This document shows positions 47,518-58,018 of a stretch of 64,000 nucleotides of DNA, one piece after another. This DNA is from a virus: positions 1 to 64,000 of the IMG/VR virus record IMGVR_UViG_3300035698_022014, one strand, 5' to 3'. The number at the start of each line of letters is the position of its first letter. Within the stretch, counting starts at the first letter, position 1. Below the pieces are notes generated by a model. It saw nothing but the letters and a program-made list of their open reading frames with translations, was not told where the DNA came from and did no database searches. The translations under genes and the position numbers were made by a program.

Positions 47518-49248
47518 TCAATTGCCATCATCTGCTGATTCGGCTACTTGTGTGAAATTCTTTACCTTCTCAAACTTGAGATGGCGGTCAAATCGCTCTG
47601 TGAAAGCATCGCCACGATGGGTAATGACAAAGATGTTATCATTTGCGTTCAACCTCTTGAGGATCTCAAGGAGTGAATCGACTCCTTGTGCGTCGCTACC
47701 ACTGTCGAGTATTTCGTCCAGAATTAACAGGTTGGTTGATACACTGTTTCTTAGTTTCGATAATGCTCTCCATGAGAACAACAAGCTCAGGTTAATTCTC
47801 ATCTTTTCGCCTTCTGAAAAGGAGCCGAACGAAAATGTATCACGGAATCTACTTTTTATCACTTCATTGAAATTCTCGTCAAGATTAAAGTCTACAAACA
47901 ACTCGAACCCTGAAAGATACTGGTTGATTAACGTGTTCATTATAGGAATGTAGGTCCTGACAATGCTTGTCTTGATTCCTCCATCCTTTAACATCGTTGC
48001 TACAACACCAAGAGTCTCTCTTTGTTCGTACAAATCTGTCTGAACACCTTCCAAACCTGTCAAACTTGCTGCATATTCAACAATTCTACTTTGATCGATC
48101 TCCTCAACGTCCCTTTCAGCAGATTGTAGCTCTTCCTTGATGTTGTTTAGTTGACTGATGACCATCTTGACTGACAGACGGCATTCGCTTGCCTTGGTAT
48201 GCAATTTCTGAATATCATCTTCTACGACAGATATTTCTTCTAATCGCTGTTCCAGTGTAGTTTTTTTGTTTTGAAGTTGGACAATGCCATTTCCAAGTTC
48301 AACACCTTTGTTTGTTTTCTCCTCAACAACAGTCCGTTTGAATTCGTGTTCGATCCCCTGCTTGCAGGTAGGACAGTTGTCATGTACAGAGTAAAAGTCA
48401 ATCTCTTTTTCAAACGCCCTTTGCTTTGTGTCAAGGTCGTAAATCAATTCTTTGACTTTTTCGTGTGATGTCTTCTGTTTGGACTTATCACTTATCGTTG
48501 TTCCTAGTTCTGTAATATTCGTCTCATATCCTTCTATCTCAACTTTGTCACGCTCTATTGTAGTCAGATATTCCGAGACTCTCAGTTTGAGCTTATCAAC
48601 CTCTGTTAATTTGAGTTTTCGGATCTCTGCATTGTGCTCTTTGGCGGATGTGATTTTCATCTTCAGCAAATCAACAGAGTGGTTGTTGTCTGATATAAGT
48701 GTCTTGTTTGAGGATATGCGATCCTTTAGCAGCGTGTTCATCGTACTAAACACTTGAATATCGAGGAGATCTTCGATTATTTCCCTTCGTTGACCTGTAG
48801 GAAGGTCCATGAACGGGACGTACGTTGCACTTCCCAAGATTACAATTTGCGTAAATGACTTGTAGGTCATTTTGAGAATAGACTGTTCCAAATAATCCTG
48901 ATAGTCTTTTGAGGCTGCATCCTTGTTGAGAAGCACACCATCCTTGAGGACCTCAAATATGTTTGGTTTGATTCCTCTGCGAATTGTGTAGTCACTCGAC
49001 CCTATTGAGAATTCAATTTCAACAAGCATGTCCTTTTGATTGACAGAATTGACAAGCTGTGGTTTGTTTATTTTTCTGAAACTACGACCATACAACACAA
49101 AAACAATTGCTTCAATCATCGTTGACTTGCCTGCACCATTACTACCTGACAGCAACGTGGTCTTCACGTCCGTGAAGTTAATCTCAATAAATTGGTTTCC
49201 GACAGAAAGGATGTTTTTATATCTAATATTCTTAAAGTGAATGTGCAT
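47518..49248 (-). CDS. gp46: Recombination ATPase gp46 (SbcC/Rad50-like)
   Basis: GSNGAGKST, CPTC hook, FSEGEK, LILDE. Confidence 0.95.
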   Translation of the reverse strand: MHIHFKNIRYKNILSVGNQFIEINFTDVKTTLLSGSNGAGKSTMIEAIVFVLYGRSFRKINKPQLVNSVNQKDMLVEIEFSIGSSDYTIRRGIKPNIFEVLKDGVLLNKDAASKDYQDYLEQSILKMTYKSFTQIVILGSATYVPFMDLPTGQRREIIEDLLDIQVFSTMNTLLKDRISSNKTLISDNNHSVDLLKMKITSAKEHNAEIRKLKLTEVDKLKLRVSEYLTTIERDKVEIEGYETNITELGTTISDKSKQKTSHEKVKELIYDLDTKQRAFEKEIDFYSVHDNCPTCKQGIEHEFKRTVVEEKTNKGVELGNGIVQLQNKKTTLEQRLEEISVVEDDIQKLHTKASECRLSVKMVISQLNNIKEELQSAERDVEEIDQSRIVEYAASLTGLEGVQTDLYEQRETLGVVATMLKDGGIKTSIVRTYIPIMNTLINQYLSGFELFVDFNLDENFNEVIKSRFRDTFSFGSFSEGEKMRINLSLLFSWRALSKLRNSVSTNLLILDEILDSGSDAQGVDSLLEILKRLNANDNIFVITHRGDAFTERFDRHLKFEKVKNFTQVAESADDGN

Positions 49249-50309
49249 TATAGATTCAAAGCCTCCTGATAGAGATCATCGACTACGGTCTTGATCTTTG
49301 TTTTGTTGATTTTTGTGTCAACCAAATCTATGTATGTGTGCATCACATCTTTGGTATCTTTTGCTCCATCCATCACAACATCAACGCCAACATCAGAAAG
49401 ATTTAAGACGTCCTCTACAGCTTTAACATCTGCAGCATTGCTATCATTGAGACGATTCATGAACACATCATACAAGTATGGATTGGTGCGATTCTTTACC
49501 ATTACCTTGACATAACAACCGTCTAGCATTGATAGATCAAGAGATGTAATCTCATCAATTGTCAAATCTGAATCATCATACTCAAGCTTGTGGTGTATTG
49601 TCGACTCATTAGCAACAAATGTCAACTCTCTTGTTTCACAATCAAGTAAGTAGAATCCACGACGTGAGTTATAATCAGACCAACTCATTTCATATTGAGC
49701 GCCGAGATAACGTACATTGCCGTATTGGGAAGGGTGATGAAAATGTCCTGAAAACACAGACTCAAAGTGGCTAAACTTTTTGTGATCGTCACCGTGATCA
49801 CTGACGAACCCTTTCATCATCTCAAAGCCTTTTAGTTCGAAATGACCCATCAAAATGTGAGCTGTTGAATGTTCAATAGCGTTCATCGAGTATGCATAGT
49901 TCTCCTTTACAAGCCATGGACACATCATTATCCGCGTCTGATCAAACTTGAGCTCGACAGGATCCTTCTCATAGACATGAATGTTTTTATACTCTTTTAA
50001 CAGCAAAGACGACGAATTCACATCGTTTGTTGTTGTATATGTAGTATCGTGATTGCCAAGTATTGTGTGCATGGTAATATTCTGATCGCGTAGCACATCG
50101 AAAAAGAATTCCTTGCTACGCTTCAGTGTTCCAAAGCTGATATATTTTCTACGGTCAAACACGTCCCCAAGGTGCAGGACCGTATCCACTCCATGTTTAG
50201 CCAATGTTGGAAAAAACGTATCTGTGAAGAATTTAGATTGGTGATCAAGGAAGATCTTCGAATCGTTTCTCACGCCAAAATGTGTATCGTTAAGTAGCGC
50301 TACCTTCAT
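49248..50309 (-). CDS. gp47: Recombination nuclease gp47 (SbcD/Mre11-like)
   Basis: DTHFG, LGDVFD, GNHD, SGHFH. Confidence 0.95.
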   Translation of the reverse strand: MKVALLNDTHFGVRNDSKIFLDHQSKFFTDTFFPTLAKHGVDTVLHLGDVFDRRKYISFGTLKRSKEFFFDVLRDQNITMHTILGNHDTTYTTTNDVNSSSLLLKEYKNIHVYEKDPVELKFDQTRIMMCPWLVKENYAYSMNAIEHSTAHILMGHFELKGFEMMKGFVSDHGDDHKKFSHFESVFSGHFHHPSQYGNVRYLGAQYEMSWSDYNSRRGFYLLDCETRELTFVANESTIHHKLEYDDSDLTIDEITSLDLSMLDGCYVKVMVKNRTNPYLYDVFMNRLNDSNAADVKAVEDVLNLSDVGVDVVMDGAKDTKDVMHTYIDLVDTKINKTKIKTVVDDLYQEALNL

Positions 50310-50312
50310 ACA

Positions 50313-50831
50313 TTATTCCTCACGTTTTTTAGCTTTTGCTTTATCTCTTGCAAGTTTATCCTCAAAGTCACCAATGAAGGTGTCAATGTAATCTGCATCG
50401 AGACTTAGGTTCATTCCTATCTCGCCGCCACCGACGTGCGTTTCGCCCATCGCAAGCAGTGCCTGTGAGGACTTGAGTTTAGTGTAAAGGAATTTCTTCT
50501 CTTTTGCGATTCGACGTAAAAAAGCGAACCAAATGATCTGAGTGAAATATGCAAACGGATTACTCGATTTAGCTGCATCGAAATTCTCGATGTATAGCAG
50601 TGAGTTTTCTATTCCATCCATAACCATGTCCTCTCTGAACGCGTATCCTGAGAAGTTAGGCTTTGATGATAGTCGGTTGGAAATGTGGTAAATACACTCT
50701 CCAAGATAATTAGGAACAACAGGGAGCTGCTTACCTGCATCTCTCGCATCTTGACAGTTCTTCTTGTGTAGAATTAGCGCTTCGAGAAAGTCAGGATTGT
50801 TGACGTAGTTTCTCTTTTTTCTCTTTTCCAT
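50313..50831 (-). CDS. gp55: Late sigma factor gp55
   Basis: YVNNPDF, KPNFSGY.FREDMVMDGIEN, NPFAYFTQI..FAFLRRI. Confidence 0.95.
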   Translation of the reverse strand: MEKRKKRNYVNNPDFLEALILHKKNCQDARDAGKQLPVVPNYLGECIYHISNRLSSKPNFSGYAFREDMVMDGIENSLLYIENFDAAKSSNPFAYFTQIIWFAFLRRIAKEKKFLYTKLKSSQALLAMGETHVGGGEIGMNLSLDADYIDTFIGDFEDKLARDKAKAKKREE

Positions 50832-50848
50832 TTTGTACCCTCTGATAG

Positions 50849-50885
50849 TTACAGCGGTGTGGACAGAACGCCCACACCGCTGTAA
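50849..50885. terminator. 14-bp hairpin downstream of the ART gene
   Basis: TTACAGCGGTGTGG-ACAGAACGC-CCACACCGCTGTAA. Confidence 0.55.
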
Positions 50886-50901
50886 TTGTTGGTTTAATTG
50901 T

Positions 50902-53900
50902 TTAGATTGTAGTCGGGGTGTTCTCTTTAAGATATGCTACAAACTGTTCCATATAAAGAACCAGGCCATCACCCACTAAAAGACCAGCATAACGCTCATC
51001 ATACACTTCACTCACTGTTGCACTTGGAAAAACAACTGCAGGTCCTTGACTTGTTATGTCATAGAGCTCCTTAGGCAGTTTGCCTTCTTGTAGAGCCTCT
51101 TGAAAATCGACATATTCAATTTCATTCGTTTCCACATCTACAATAGGGATCATTCCGTCCCTGAATATAAATGTGGTTGTTGGTGCATAGTTGCTCATTA
51201 ATTCTTCCGTGATGTAATTTTTGAAGGTAGATACCTTGTTGTTATTATTAGAGTATACACCCTCAGCCAGGTGCTTGTCAACGTTTTGTTTTGTGGTTAA
51301 CTCAACTTCGTACACTTGCTGAATGCGCAACTGTGCAGGTGGATTAAACACACACCATTCAGGCGATCTGATACCACCACCTGCTCCAGGAACACCTGCA
51401 ACCTCATAGTCTGTTCTTTTTTTCCCAAGGTTAACATCCATCGAGAACAAATAGCCTTTTTGGCCTGCACGTCTTGAGTAGCCGCCATTAGAAACATATT
51501 GCAACGCTTTATCGACCTTGTTGCTGAAATATATACCATCGCCAAGCATTCTACCCACAACACCTGAATCAGAAGGCTTGATGACTCTGAACCCATATCT
51601 CAAAATCATCGATGCTGCAATACCGCCTGTGCCATGGTAAGCAGGTTCTACTGTTCCATCACCAAACTTATTGTTACGGAAGTCGTCAAACAGAGGGTTG
51701 TCTGTTGTTCCGTCATACACGTTTAGAATCTTAGGAAACACATCGCCATGCTTTCCTGCATGGTCTCTTTGAATGATGGTTTTGTTCAGTGCATTCACGT
51801 TTATAGTATCGTTTTTTGCAACATCCGGTTCGGGAAGAATTGTCCCTTTCTGAGCAATTGTAGCCTTTGCACGCGCAAAGAACTGCGTATACGTCTCGCC
51901 CTTCTTTTTCTTTGATACTGTGCCTGATACAATTGCAGATAAATCAATGTCGTTATACAAAAACAACTGCTTTAATCTATTTTTATCAATTTTATCGAAC
52001 GGTTTAATGTCTCCGCTAGAAATTTCATCTATCAAAACTTGTGAGCCGACAAGTGACATTCTAATCTTCTGTACGACGTGAGGTGCAAGTCCATCGATGA
52101 TGTCATTAACATAATCTTCGACATCTGTGCCAATAGCGTCAAGAATGATTCCTGTCAGCACTTCAACATATTTTCCCTTGTTGTCCTTGTTGATATCTTT
52201 ATACAAATCTGCACTCATGATGTATTTTTTGTTTGAGGATTTTGCGAACCTCATCCATTCTAATACTGTCTCTGATGTTGCACTTGAAAGAAGGTTCATG
52301 ATAGTATTGCCACCCTTTGACGTATCAAAATCAAAACCAGTGTCTTTCTTTGCAATGATCAATGACGCTTTGGCCAAAGCGTCATTGATCTTGTCTTTAT
52401 CACCAGGCGCAAAACGTGCGACACTTACATTACCGTAGAAATCGTTTCTCGATTCAAGGAAGTTTGCTAACACCTGTGTATCAAGATCAGCAACACCGTC
52501 ACGTCGAACCTTAACACCTACTAGTGCTACATCACTAGGGAAATTGTCCATCATTTGCTCAAGATCAATGTTAAGCGTTCTAACAACATTGACAATTTTG
52601 TCAGGATTGTTAGCGCCGATAATTCTACCAATGGCTGATTTTTCAAAACCTACATCTACAAGGTCCGCTGCATAGCGGTCGTGCAACAGCTCAAAGAGCA
52701 CGCCGCCGTTTTGAGGAGCCTGTGTATTGTACACCTCTTCCTTTGTGAATTCTTCAAACAATTTTGGAACGATAGAAGCCTCATATGTAGGAAATAAATC
52801 AACTCGAATGAAGTATTGAGCCATTTCCTCAATGCGGGCAATAGTTGCCCGTTTAAATAACTCGGGATTATAACCAATTGTTGATCTACTATTTCCTGAT
52901 ACTATAAGGAGCCTGATAAACGAACCCGTAAACATGCCATCGCTGACCATATCATTATATACAGTTGATAAGAAATCTATTGATTGTGCAGCAACAAAAT
53001 CTAACAAAATCGAACCATCACCGTATGTATATCTGATATTTCCATCAGGGTATTGTCGTATGATGCCATTAAACACGTTTTTAATGGGTATTTTACTTGA
53101 TGTTTCTGGATCAGAGACCATGAACGAAATCAATCTTCTTTTTTGTTTTTCCTCAACAGTTTTGTTGTATACTTCTGACAGAAGATAATTATTATTTTTA
53201 TTATTTATATATACGATACGCTTTATTAGTGGATCTTTTGCCTCTATTTCAAGTGCAGCATGTACAAGCCCTTCTATAGATGATTGGCGATAGGATGCTG
53301 TATTACCACTGCTGTATATCTGATCGACGAACATTTCAAGAAAACCAATTGGCGTATATTTAGTCTTCCGTACAGCATTAGCTTGTTTAAGCACTGATGT
53401 AAAATCTTGGGAGGTGTCACGATCTCTAAAAGCTTGAAAATAATTTTCAACGTTGTACACTGTTTTATATATTGCTTCATATGCTTTGCGAGGAGCATCA
53501 GGTAGTTTAACAGCATAAAGCAAGGTATCTGCAAGATTGTATTTTGTTTTGATAAATTTAAGGGCCGCTGCTTCAAGTCTGTAATTATGATTTATATCGT
53601 CTGTGTGTATATCTATAAGGATCTTTATGCCCTCATCAATCAATTGATCTATATCGATGTTACTTGCAACTAATGCCTGCGCTGCCTCTCTTTCCTTCTG
53701 ATCAGCAGCAGCTTGGTCATCAATCACCTTCTGATCAATAGCAGCCTGAGCGTCAATCGCTTGTTGTGCTTGTTGTGCAGCAGCTTGTTTAATCAGTTTT
53801 TGACGTTGGTAGTAATTCAGCTTCGGTGCTGTAGGTGTAGCAACAACAGGGTCAACTGGTGCGCCTGTCAGTGCCGCAAGCTTCTTCAGTTTTTGACGTT

Positions 53901-54615
53901 GATAATAGTTCATTGGTGGCGCAACAGCAGGTGTTGGAGCTGTACCGACCTGAGCTGATGGATCAACAATTGGTGTTGGCACTGCAGGCACTGCAGGAGT
54001 TGCAGCTGTGGCCATAGGAGACATTCCAGCAGGCTGTGGTGTTATTTCTGTCAACCCAAAGAATCTCTTGGCATATTTTTGATAGTCGCCACCACCATCA
54101 ACTGTATTGACTCTCTTCTTCAATTGAACAGCAAACCTGGAAACATCAACAGTCGTTCCGCCACCACCTACGAAATCATCAAATACTTGACGCATCTTTG
54201 TATCTTTAATGTTCAATCGGAAACTTGGAACCATCCCTCTAAGCCATCCTGCAACAACGTTCGAGTCAATTGAATCGATTTGGCCTGATTTCAACTTAAA
54301 AAGGAATTTCGTTATTTCATTTGCTGTGATGTCCTGTTTGAAGAATCCAGCCTCATGAGCCAACTTAACAGACAAAGAAATGTCGTGGTTATCATCACCA
54401 ATTGATCCAAGACGTACCTGTTTGTCTTTGCGCAAGAACTTGATAATTGTTCCACGTTGGGTGGCGTTCGTTGCGTTAATCATCCCCAACATTCCGAGGA
54501 AGTTGAACATGAAAGCAGCAGCAACTCGATCTTTATCTGCGAGTAATGCTGCTCTTTCTGCATCGTTAGAGTAAAGAGAATTTTCCCCAAGAAAAGATTT
54601 GAAGTTTTTGGTCAT
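50902..54615 (-). CDS. 1237-aa putative virion-packaged protein with C-terminal PARP-like (H-Y-E) ADP-ribosyltransferase domain
   Basis: YHGT, GRMLGDGIYFS..KALQY, PEWCVFNP; late promoter GATAAATA at 54656-54663; N-terminal FKSFLGE. Confidence 0.8.
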   Translation of the reverse strand: MTKNFKSFLGENSLYSNDAERAALLADKDRVAAAFMFNFLGMLGMINATNATQRGTIIKFLRKDKQVRLGSIGDDNHDISLSVKLAHEAGFFKQDITANEITKFLFKLKSGQIDSIDSNVVAGWLRGMVPSFRLNIKDTKMRQVFDDFVGGGGTTVDVSRFAVQLKKRVNTVDGGGDYQKYAKRFFGLTEITPQPAGMSPMATAATPAVPAVPTPIVDPSAQVGTAPTPAVAPPMNYYQRQKLKKLAALTGAPVDPVVATPTAPKLNYYQRQKLIKQAAAQQAQQAIDAQAAIDQKVIDDQAAADQKEREAAQALVASNIDIDQLIDEGIKILIDIHTDDINHNYRLEAAALKFIKTKYNLADTLLYAVKLPDAPRKAYEAIYKTVYNVENYFQAFRDRDTSQDFTSVLKQANAVRKTKYTPIGFLEMFVDQIYSSGNTASYRQSSIEGLVHAALEIEAKDPLIKRIVYINNKNNNYLLSEVYNKTVEEKQKRRLISFMVSDPETSSKIPIKNVFNGIIRQYPDGNIRYTYGDGSILLDFVAAQSIDFLSTVYNDMVSDGMFTGSFIRLLIVSGNSRSTIGYNPELFKRATIARIEEMAQYFIRVDLFPTYEASIVPKLFEEFTKEEVYNTQAPQNGGVLFELLHDRYAADLVDVGFEKSAIGRIIGANNPDKIVNVVRTLNIDLEQMMDNFPSDVALVGVKVRRDGVADLDTQVLANFLESRNDFYGNVSVARFAPGDKDKINDALAKASLIIAKKDTGFDFDTSKGGNTIMNLLSSATSETVLEWMRFAKSSNKKYIMSADLYKDINKDNKGKYVEVLTGIILDAIGTDVEDYVNDIIDGLAPHVVQKIRMSLVGSQVLIDEISSGDIKPFDKIDKNRLKQLFLYNDIDLSAIVSGTVSKKKKGETYTQFFARAKATIAQKGTILPEPDVAKNDTINVNALNKTIIQRDHAGKHGDVFPKILNVYDGTTDNPLFDDFRNNKFGDGTVEPAYHGTGGIAASMILRYGFRVIKPSDSGVVGRMLGDGIYFSNKVDKALQYVSNGGYSRRAGQKGYLFSMDVNLGKKRTDYEVAGVPGAGGGIRSPEWCVFNPPAQLRIQQVYEVELTTKQNVDKHLAEGVYSNNNNKVSTFKNYITEELMSNYAPTTTFIFRDGMIPIVDVETNEIEYVDFQEALQEGKLPKELYDITSQGPAVVFPSATVSEVYDERYAGLLVGDGLVLYMEQFVAYLKENTPTTI

Positions 54616-54687
54616 TGTGTATTATATCCTTGTGAAAGCTGGTGCGTGTCTTCCTTATTTATCAAAACATCACACGCTTTGACTCTT

Positions 54688-55005
54688 TCACGCGAATTTT
54701 ACAGATGTGTGCCAATACTCAACTTGTTCAGACGTCACGATCATTTCAGGATTATCATCAATCCACACATCAACTTTGATGTTGTTATCTTGTGCAAACG
54801 TCTTCTTATAACTGCCACCTGTGGGTCTACAATTGTGCACTCCAATAGTCATGCCAAGCGTATCATGCACTTTCTGCATTTCGTCGTGTCGTCTAAAGGT
54901 GATGCACAGAACTGTGTGTCCCCTTTCCATGGCTGATTTGGCCCACAACGTCCAAAGGTCAGGATCTGCCGTATAAGTCCCATCAAAATCCAAAGCAAAA
55001 ATCAT
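54688..55005 (-). CDS. HAD-superfamily phosphatase-like protein
   Basis: LDFDGT, ITFR, K, WIDDNP. Confidence 0.8.
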   Translation of the reverse strand: MIFALDFDGTYTADPDLWTLWAKSAMERGHTVLCITFRRHDEMQKVHDTLGMTIGVHNCRPTGGSYKKTFAQDNNIKVDVWIDDNPEMIVTSEQVEYWHTSVKFA

Positions 55006-55067
55006 GTCTTTATCTATCCCTGACATACAAAAAATTAGCACCCCAAATCACAAGGATGTTATTTTTA

Positions 55068-55394
55068 TTACATTGTGCGTGTTACACTCGAAAGCTTCTG
55101 GTAGTATGTTGCTGCTGTGCCGCGTGACACGCCTTGCTTGACTGCAAGGTCGATCACGTCTTTGCGACGAAGCAAACCGTAGTTTGCTAGAAAGATCTGA
55201 CGAAATTCAGCAACAGGAGATACAATCGAGGACGATACAAGCGAGGCTTTTTTTGTCTTTGCTTTTGCAGCAAGTGTGACAAGAATTTTACCGTCATCGC
55301 GTTTGATGAAAATGGGCTGTACCAAGCCTGCGCGAACTGCGCCGCGCTTTGCACTTGACATTGAGGTATATGTTTTTTCAAAGTTCTTAGTCAT
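55068..55394 (-). CDS. Basic, putative DNA-binding early protein
   Basis: C-terminal RKDVIDLAVKQGVSRGTAATYYQK is HTH-like. Confidence 0.55.
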   Translation of the reverse strand: MTKNFEKTYTSMSSAKRGAVRAGLVQPIFIKRDDGKILVTLAAKAKTKKASLVSSSIVSPVAEFRQIFLANYGLLRRKDVIDLAVKQGVSRGTAATYYQKLSSVTRTM

Positions 55395-55484
55395 TTTTAT
55401 GTTCCATTTGTTTGTTGTTGTTTGCTTACCTTTATAAGCTAGCGCCAAACAAATGGAATGGCAACAATGTTTTTTGGAATATTC

Positions 55485-55982
55485 TTAACTAATTTCTACC
55501 AGACTGACTTTTATCTGTTTTTCGCCTCTGAGTTGAGCAGCGACGACAGCATGGTGCCCATCACTTATAAAGAACTTCCCAGCGTGCTTAACAACGTGAA
55601 TGTGGTTAGGGTTTGTATTTGCGATCTTGCCGCGTAGCTTATCAACATCGTTTGTCATGACATATGGCTGTGTAGCAATTAACTGGCTGATGTTCAATGT
55701 CGCCTGTTTGTTCATTTTGTCGTACTGACGTTGGCCTTCATCTCTTACCTTCTTGTCTGCATCCTCCATTCCTAGCTCCATCTGCAAGTCATACAGTGCC
55801 TCTGCTGCTTGACCTGAAAGTTTTTCATCAAAGGATGTGAGGGGGATGTGACCTCCCTTTGGGACCTTCTCCCATGTGCCAAAGCTTGAACGTGTTCCAT
55901 ATCTGCGAGATACACGCTGCGCGAGCCTTACAGGGTCCACCTTACGTTCAAATATTTGACAAAATTGTGTGAAAAGTATCAT
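55485..55982 (-). CDS. ParB/Srx N-terminal-like protein
   Basis: LIATQ...FFISDGHHAVVAA. Confidence 0.6.
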   Translation of the reverse strand: MILFTQFCQIFERKVDPVRLAQRVSRRYGTRSSFGTWEKVPKGGHIPLTSFDEKLSGQAAEALYDLQMELGMEDADKKVRDEGQRQYDKMNKQATLNISQLIATQPYVMTNDVDKLRGKIANTNPNHIHVVKHAGKFFISDGHHAVVAAQLRGEKQIKVSLVEIS

Positions 55983-56065
55983 TTTGTTGTTGACCTGTTT
56001 GTGAAAATGGGGATAATAGAGTTATGGCTCTAGATATAGAAGGCTATGGTAGATGCTGCGGTGAC

Positions 56066-57556
56066 TTAGTTGAGGTCAATGTTGAAGACTTTGAAAGGAA
56101 ATTGTTCAGAAGAATATATCTCAATTCGCTTCTTAAAGTGGTCTAATGTATAATTAGTATATGCACCATGAGTGATGTCATCGGCAATGTCATACAGTGT
56201 AGCTTCGTCAGCATTGTTACCTTTTCTTAGTACCCTACCAATAGATTGGAGAATGCGAACTTCTGATTTTGATCCTGATGCGAGAATTAGATTATCAAGC
56301 TTTTTGAGGTTCGTACCTGTTGAAAAAGTTCCGAATGAGGCGAGTATATCATGTCTCTTTATAGGATCATTTTCAATCTGATCACGTATCCGCTCTCTTT
56401 CCTCACCACTGACGTTTCCATGAATGAAGTGGAGGACGCGTCCTTCTTTGCGGAGCAAAGGCTCTAACACCTTACCATGCTTCTCTACAAGTTCAAACAA
56501 AATAAGATTGTTCTGATCTTTGAGTGACCAGACGAGATTGCGTATGAATATGTTTCTCTTGCTGCTATTTATGATGAACTCACGCTCTGCATGGTAACGC
56601 TCTTCTTTTTTCAGCTTCTTAATTGCCTTTGAGAATGTTGATCGTGTCTGTGCAGGGTGTTTGAGAACAATTGCCTTAACATTGAATGTTGCAACCGTAC
56701 CACTATCAATCAGATCCTTTGTCGACACATACCTCTTAACATTTCCAAACAGTCCTGTCAAGATTAAAACATGCGTTTTAGAATCAGAGGAGATGGTACC
56801 AGTAAAGCCAAATCTATAAGGAGCTTCAGTACATTTCTCCATGATCTGGGTAAGTGACTTGCCAGTAAACAAATGTGCCTCATCACCCATCACAACGCGG
56901 AATTGGTCAAACCACTCCTTTTGTAACGGTCCTAATGACTGCCATGTTGATATTACAATTTGTGCCGAGGTGTTTTTGTCAACCCCTCCTTGTATCTTGT
57001 ATATCAAGCTTGGATCACAGCCATAATCGATAAAGTCTCCTGCCATCTGATGTACAAGGGAAATTGTTGGGACGATTATCAGAACACGGTGTTGAAAGGC
57101 AGAAATGTAGTGGTGAGATATTAAATACTGCATGAACGATTTACCACTAGAAGTCGGCGAAAGAGATAGGGTTCTCTTTTTACGAATGGCATTGACAATG
57201 TAGTCGTTTTGATACTCACGAAGCTCGAGCTTCGTCCCTGTTTCCTTTGCTAATTGGTATCCGTAGTCGTCAGGAACATTTGGTTCGTCACATATTTCTT
57301 TGTCTACAATTAGATCATATGATCTAATTTCACAAAATTGTCGAAGTTGATCGATTAGACCTATGTGGAGATAAGGCTTGAATGGGGTGACCAGGCGAAT
57401 ATACCCATCCCAAACTTTCGCTTTGTATTTCGGCGAGAATTGATAGTTTGCAGGTCGGAAGGCAAAGAATTCCATCAACTCCTGCATTATGCTCACATCA
57501 GCAATTACCTTCATGTGAACCTCATTCATCTTCTCAACTCGAATTGTGTCAGTCAC
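56066..57556 (-). CDS. uvsW: SF2 helicase UvsW
   Basis: WDGYIRL, LREYQ, SPTSSGKS, DEAH, QSIGRVLR. Confidence 0.95.
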   Translation of the reverse strand: MTDTIRVEKMNEVHMKVIADVSIMQELMEFFAFRPANYQFSPKYKAKVWDGYIRLVTPFKPYLHIGLIDQLRQFCEIRSYDLIVDKEICDEPNVPDDYGYQLAKETGTKLELREYQNDYIVNAIRKKRTLSLSPTSSGKSFMQYLISHHYISAFQHRVLIIVPTISLVHQMAGDFIDYGCDPSLIYKIQGGVDKNTSAQIVISTWQSLGPLQKEWFDQFRVVMGDEAHLFTGKSLTQIMEKCTEAPYRFGFTGTISSDSKTHVLILTGLFGNVKRYVSTKDLIDSGTVATFNVKAIVLKHPAQTRSTFSKAIKKLKKEERYHAEREFIINSSKRNIFIRNLVWSLKDQNNLILFELVEKHGKVLEPLLRKEGRVLHFIHGNVSGEERERIRDQIENDPIKRHDILASFGTFSTGTNLKKLDNLILASGSKSEVRILQSIGRVLRKGNNADEATLYDIADDITHGAYTNYTLDHFKKRIEIYSSEQFPFKVFNIDLN

Positions 57557-57562
57557 GGTATA

Positions 57563-58000
57563 TCAATAGCCTCCGTTTTGGAATTTCTGAAAGTCGATCA
57601 TGTTCTTTATGATGAAGTTTCTGTTATTTATCTGTTTGATTACATCTTCGAGAAATTTGGCCATTCCTGTATAGTAATCGATCTGTAGGGACAATTTAAT
57701 TATCTCCTTGTCAGAGTGAATATATTTATCCATATCGCTCCGAAGTATCTTCAAAGGGTTTGGCTTCCACCCACGCTCTTTCAAATCTTCCATCGCCATC
57801 GTACCGTTGTAATATTCTATCTTATCTTTTTCAAGGACTTTCAGGTCTGCTTTAAGTTTGTTCGCTTTCATTACAGCGCGGTAGTATATCTTGTAGTATT
57901 TTGCATGTAATCCAGGGATCTTTCCTGACTCTTGTGATAAGTTGGTTTCGTTTATTATTGCGTCTTCGGCCCACATCTTTTCATACTCTTCAATGTCCAT
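57563..58000 (-). CDS. uvsY: Recombination mediator UvsY
   Basis: IPGLHAKY, YYNG, INNRNFIIKNMIDFQKFQNG. Confidence 0.9.
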   Translation of the reverse strand: MDIEEYEKMWAEDAIINETNLSQESGKIPGLHAKYYKIYYRAVMKANKLKADLKVLEKDKIEYYNGTMAMEDLKERGWKPNPLKILRSDMDKYIHSDKEIIKLSLQIDYYTGMAKFLEDVIKQINNRNFIIKNMIDFQKFQNGGY

Positions 58001-58018
58001 ATATTCAATCCTATCATA

